From assembly GCA_964016885.1 (NCBI GenBank), contig OZ024743.1, positions 287,308,001 through 287,372,000 on the forward strand: DNA of 64,000 bases. The letters run 5' to 3'. The stretch's first letter is position 1. The number at the start of each line of letters is the position of its first letter. The notes under the pieces were generated by a model, which was given only the letters and a program-made list of their open reading frames with translations, made no database searches and had not been told where the DNA came from. Origin of the DNA: Eledone cirrhosa (lineage: Eukaryota). The translations under genes were made by a program, and so were the position numbers. Shown one piece after another: positions 63,361-64,000 of this stretch.

Positions 63361-64000
63361 TACATACAACACAAGAGCAAGAAAGAAGGGTTAATTTTAC
63401 TGACATGGCTTTAAAATTAAGGCTTGTTTTCATAATTGCAAATGAATTGAATGTTATTATTACAGTAATGAACTGGGTAATTGCTGGCCTTGTGCCTAAA
63501 GTAGAAACAATTATTAATATTAAAAAAAATCAGATTACATTTATTGTATTCAGCCATGTAGAGCGAAATTTTTCTTTTTTTATATACTCATATATATACA
63601 TATATATATATACGCATATATATATATACATATATATATATATTCATTTACATATATAAATATATACATATACAAATAGATATACATATATAAATATATA
63701 CATATACAAATAGATATACATATATATACACATATATATATATATATATAGGAGAGTATTGAAGTTTGCTTGAATAATTGTGGAACAATAAGTAAATATC
63801 TATAAGTCGTTTGGAAGCCTCGACAATGCAAATGGGTAAATCTCCGGGTAACAAGGTCCGGTGGTGGAGAGAGAGATGTAAGTGGGTGTACGTTGAGATG
63901 CGTGGTGTGTATAAGATGTGTGAGATGTGTAGAATGGAGGGAAGAGTAAAAGGATAAAAATAAAAATAACAACACAAGAGAGAGTTACCTTGGGAGAGAT

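Overview
AT-rich, repeat-dominated animal genomic DNA. A coleoid cephalopod such as Octopus is inferred from the SINE/RTE repertoire and TA/TG microsatellite load, not from a search. One host gene was reconstructed by eye on the minus strand (56308 to 23137, 8 coding exons, all introns phase 1, about 385 aa): signal peptide, five Sushi/CCP domains (three from a very recent exon triplication) and a PAN/Apple domain. The ORF track catches only the PAN exon. The rest is mobile DNA: RTE LINEs (one with an intact 5'-truncated ORF), a young Naiad-like Penelope element with inverted pseudo-LTRs, a 1-kb Gypsy-derived LTR element, a solo LTR, tRNA SINEs, a 5S+tRNA composite SINE and TTAA MITEs. The most striking signal is a set of small non-coding elements, mostly embedded in (TA)n. 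They carry type I hammerhead ribozyme folds, and two show 319-bp and 426-bp circularly permuted units. Several have fold-back junctions and octamer/CCAAT boxes upstream of the ribozyme. This looks like a retrozyme/circular-RNA system mobilised by Penelope-like elements. All alignments and folds were done by eye, and boundaries of old repeats are approximate.
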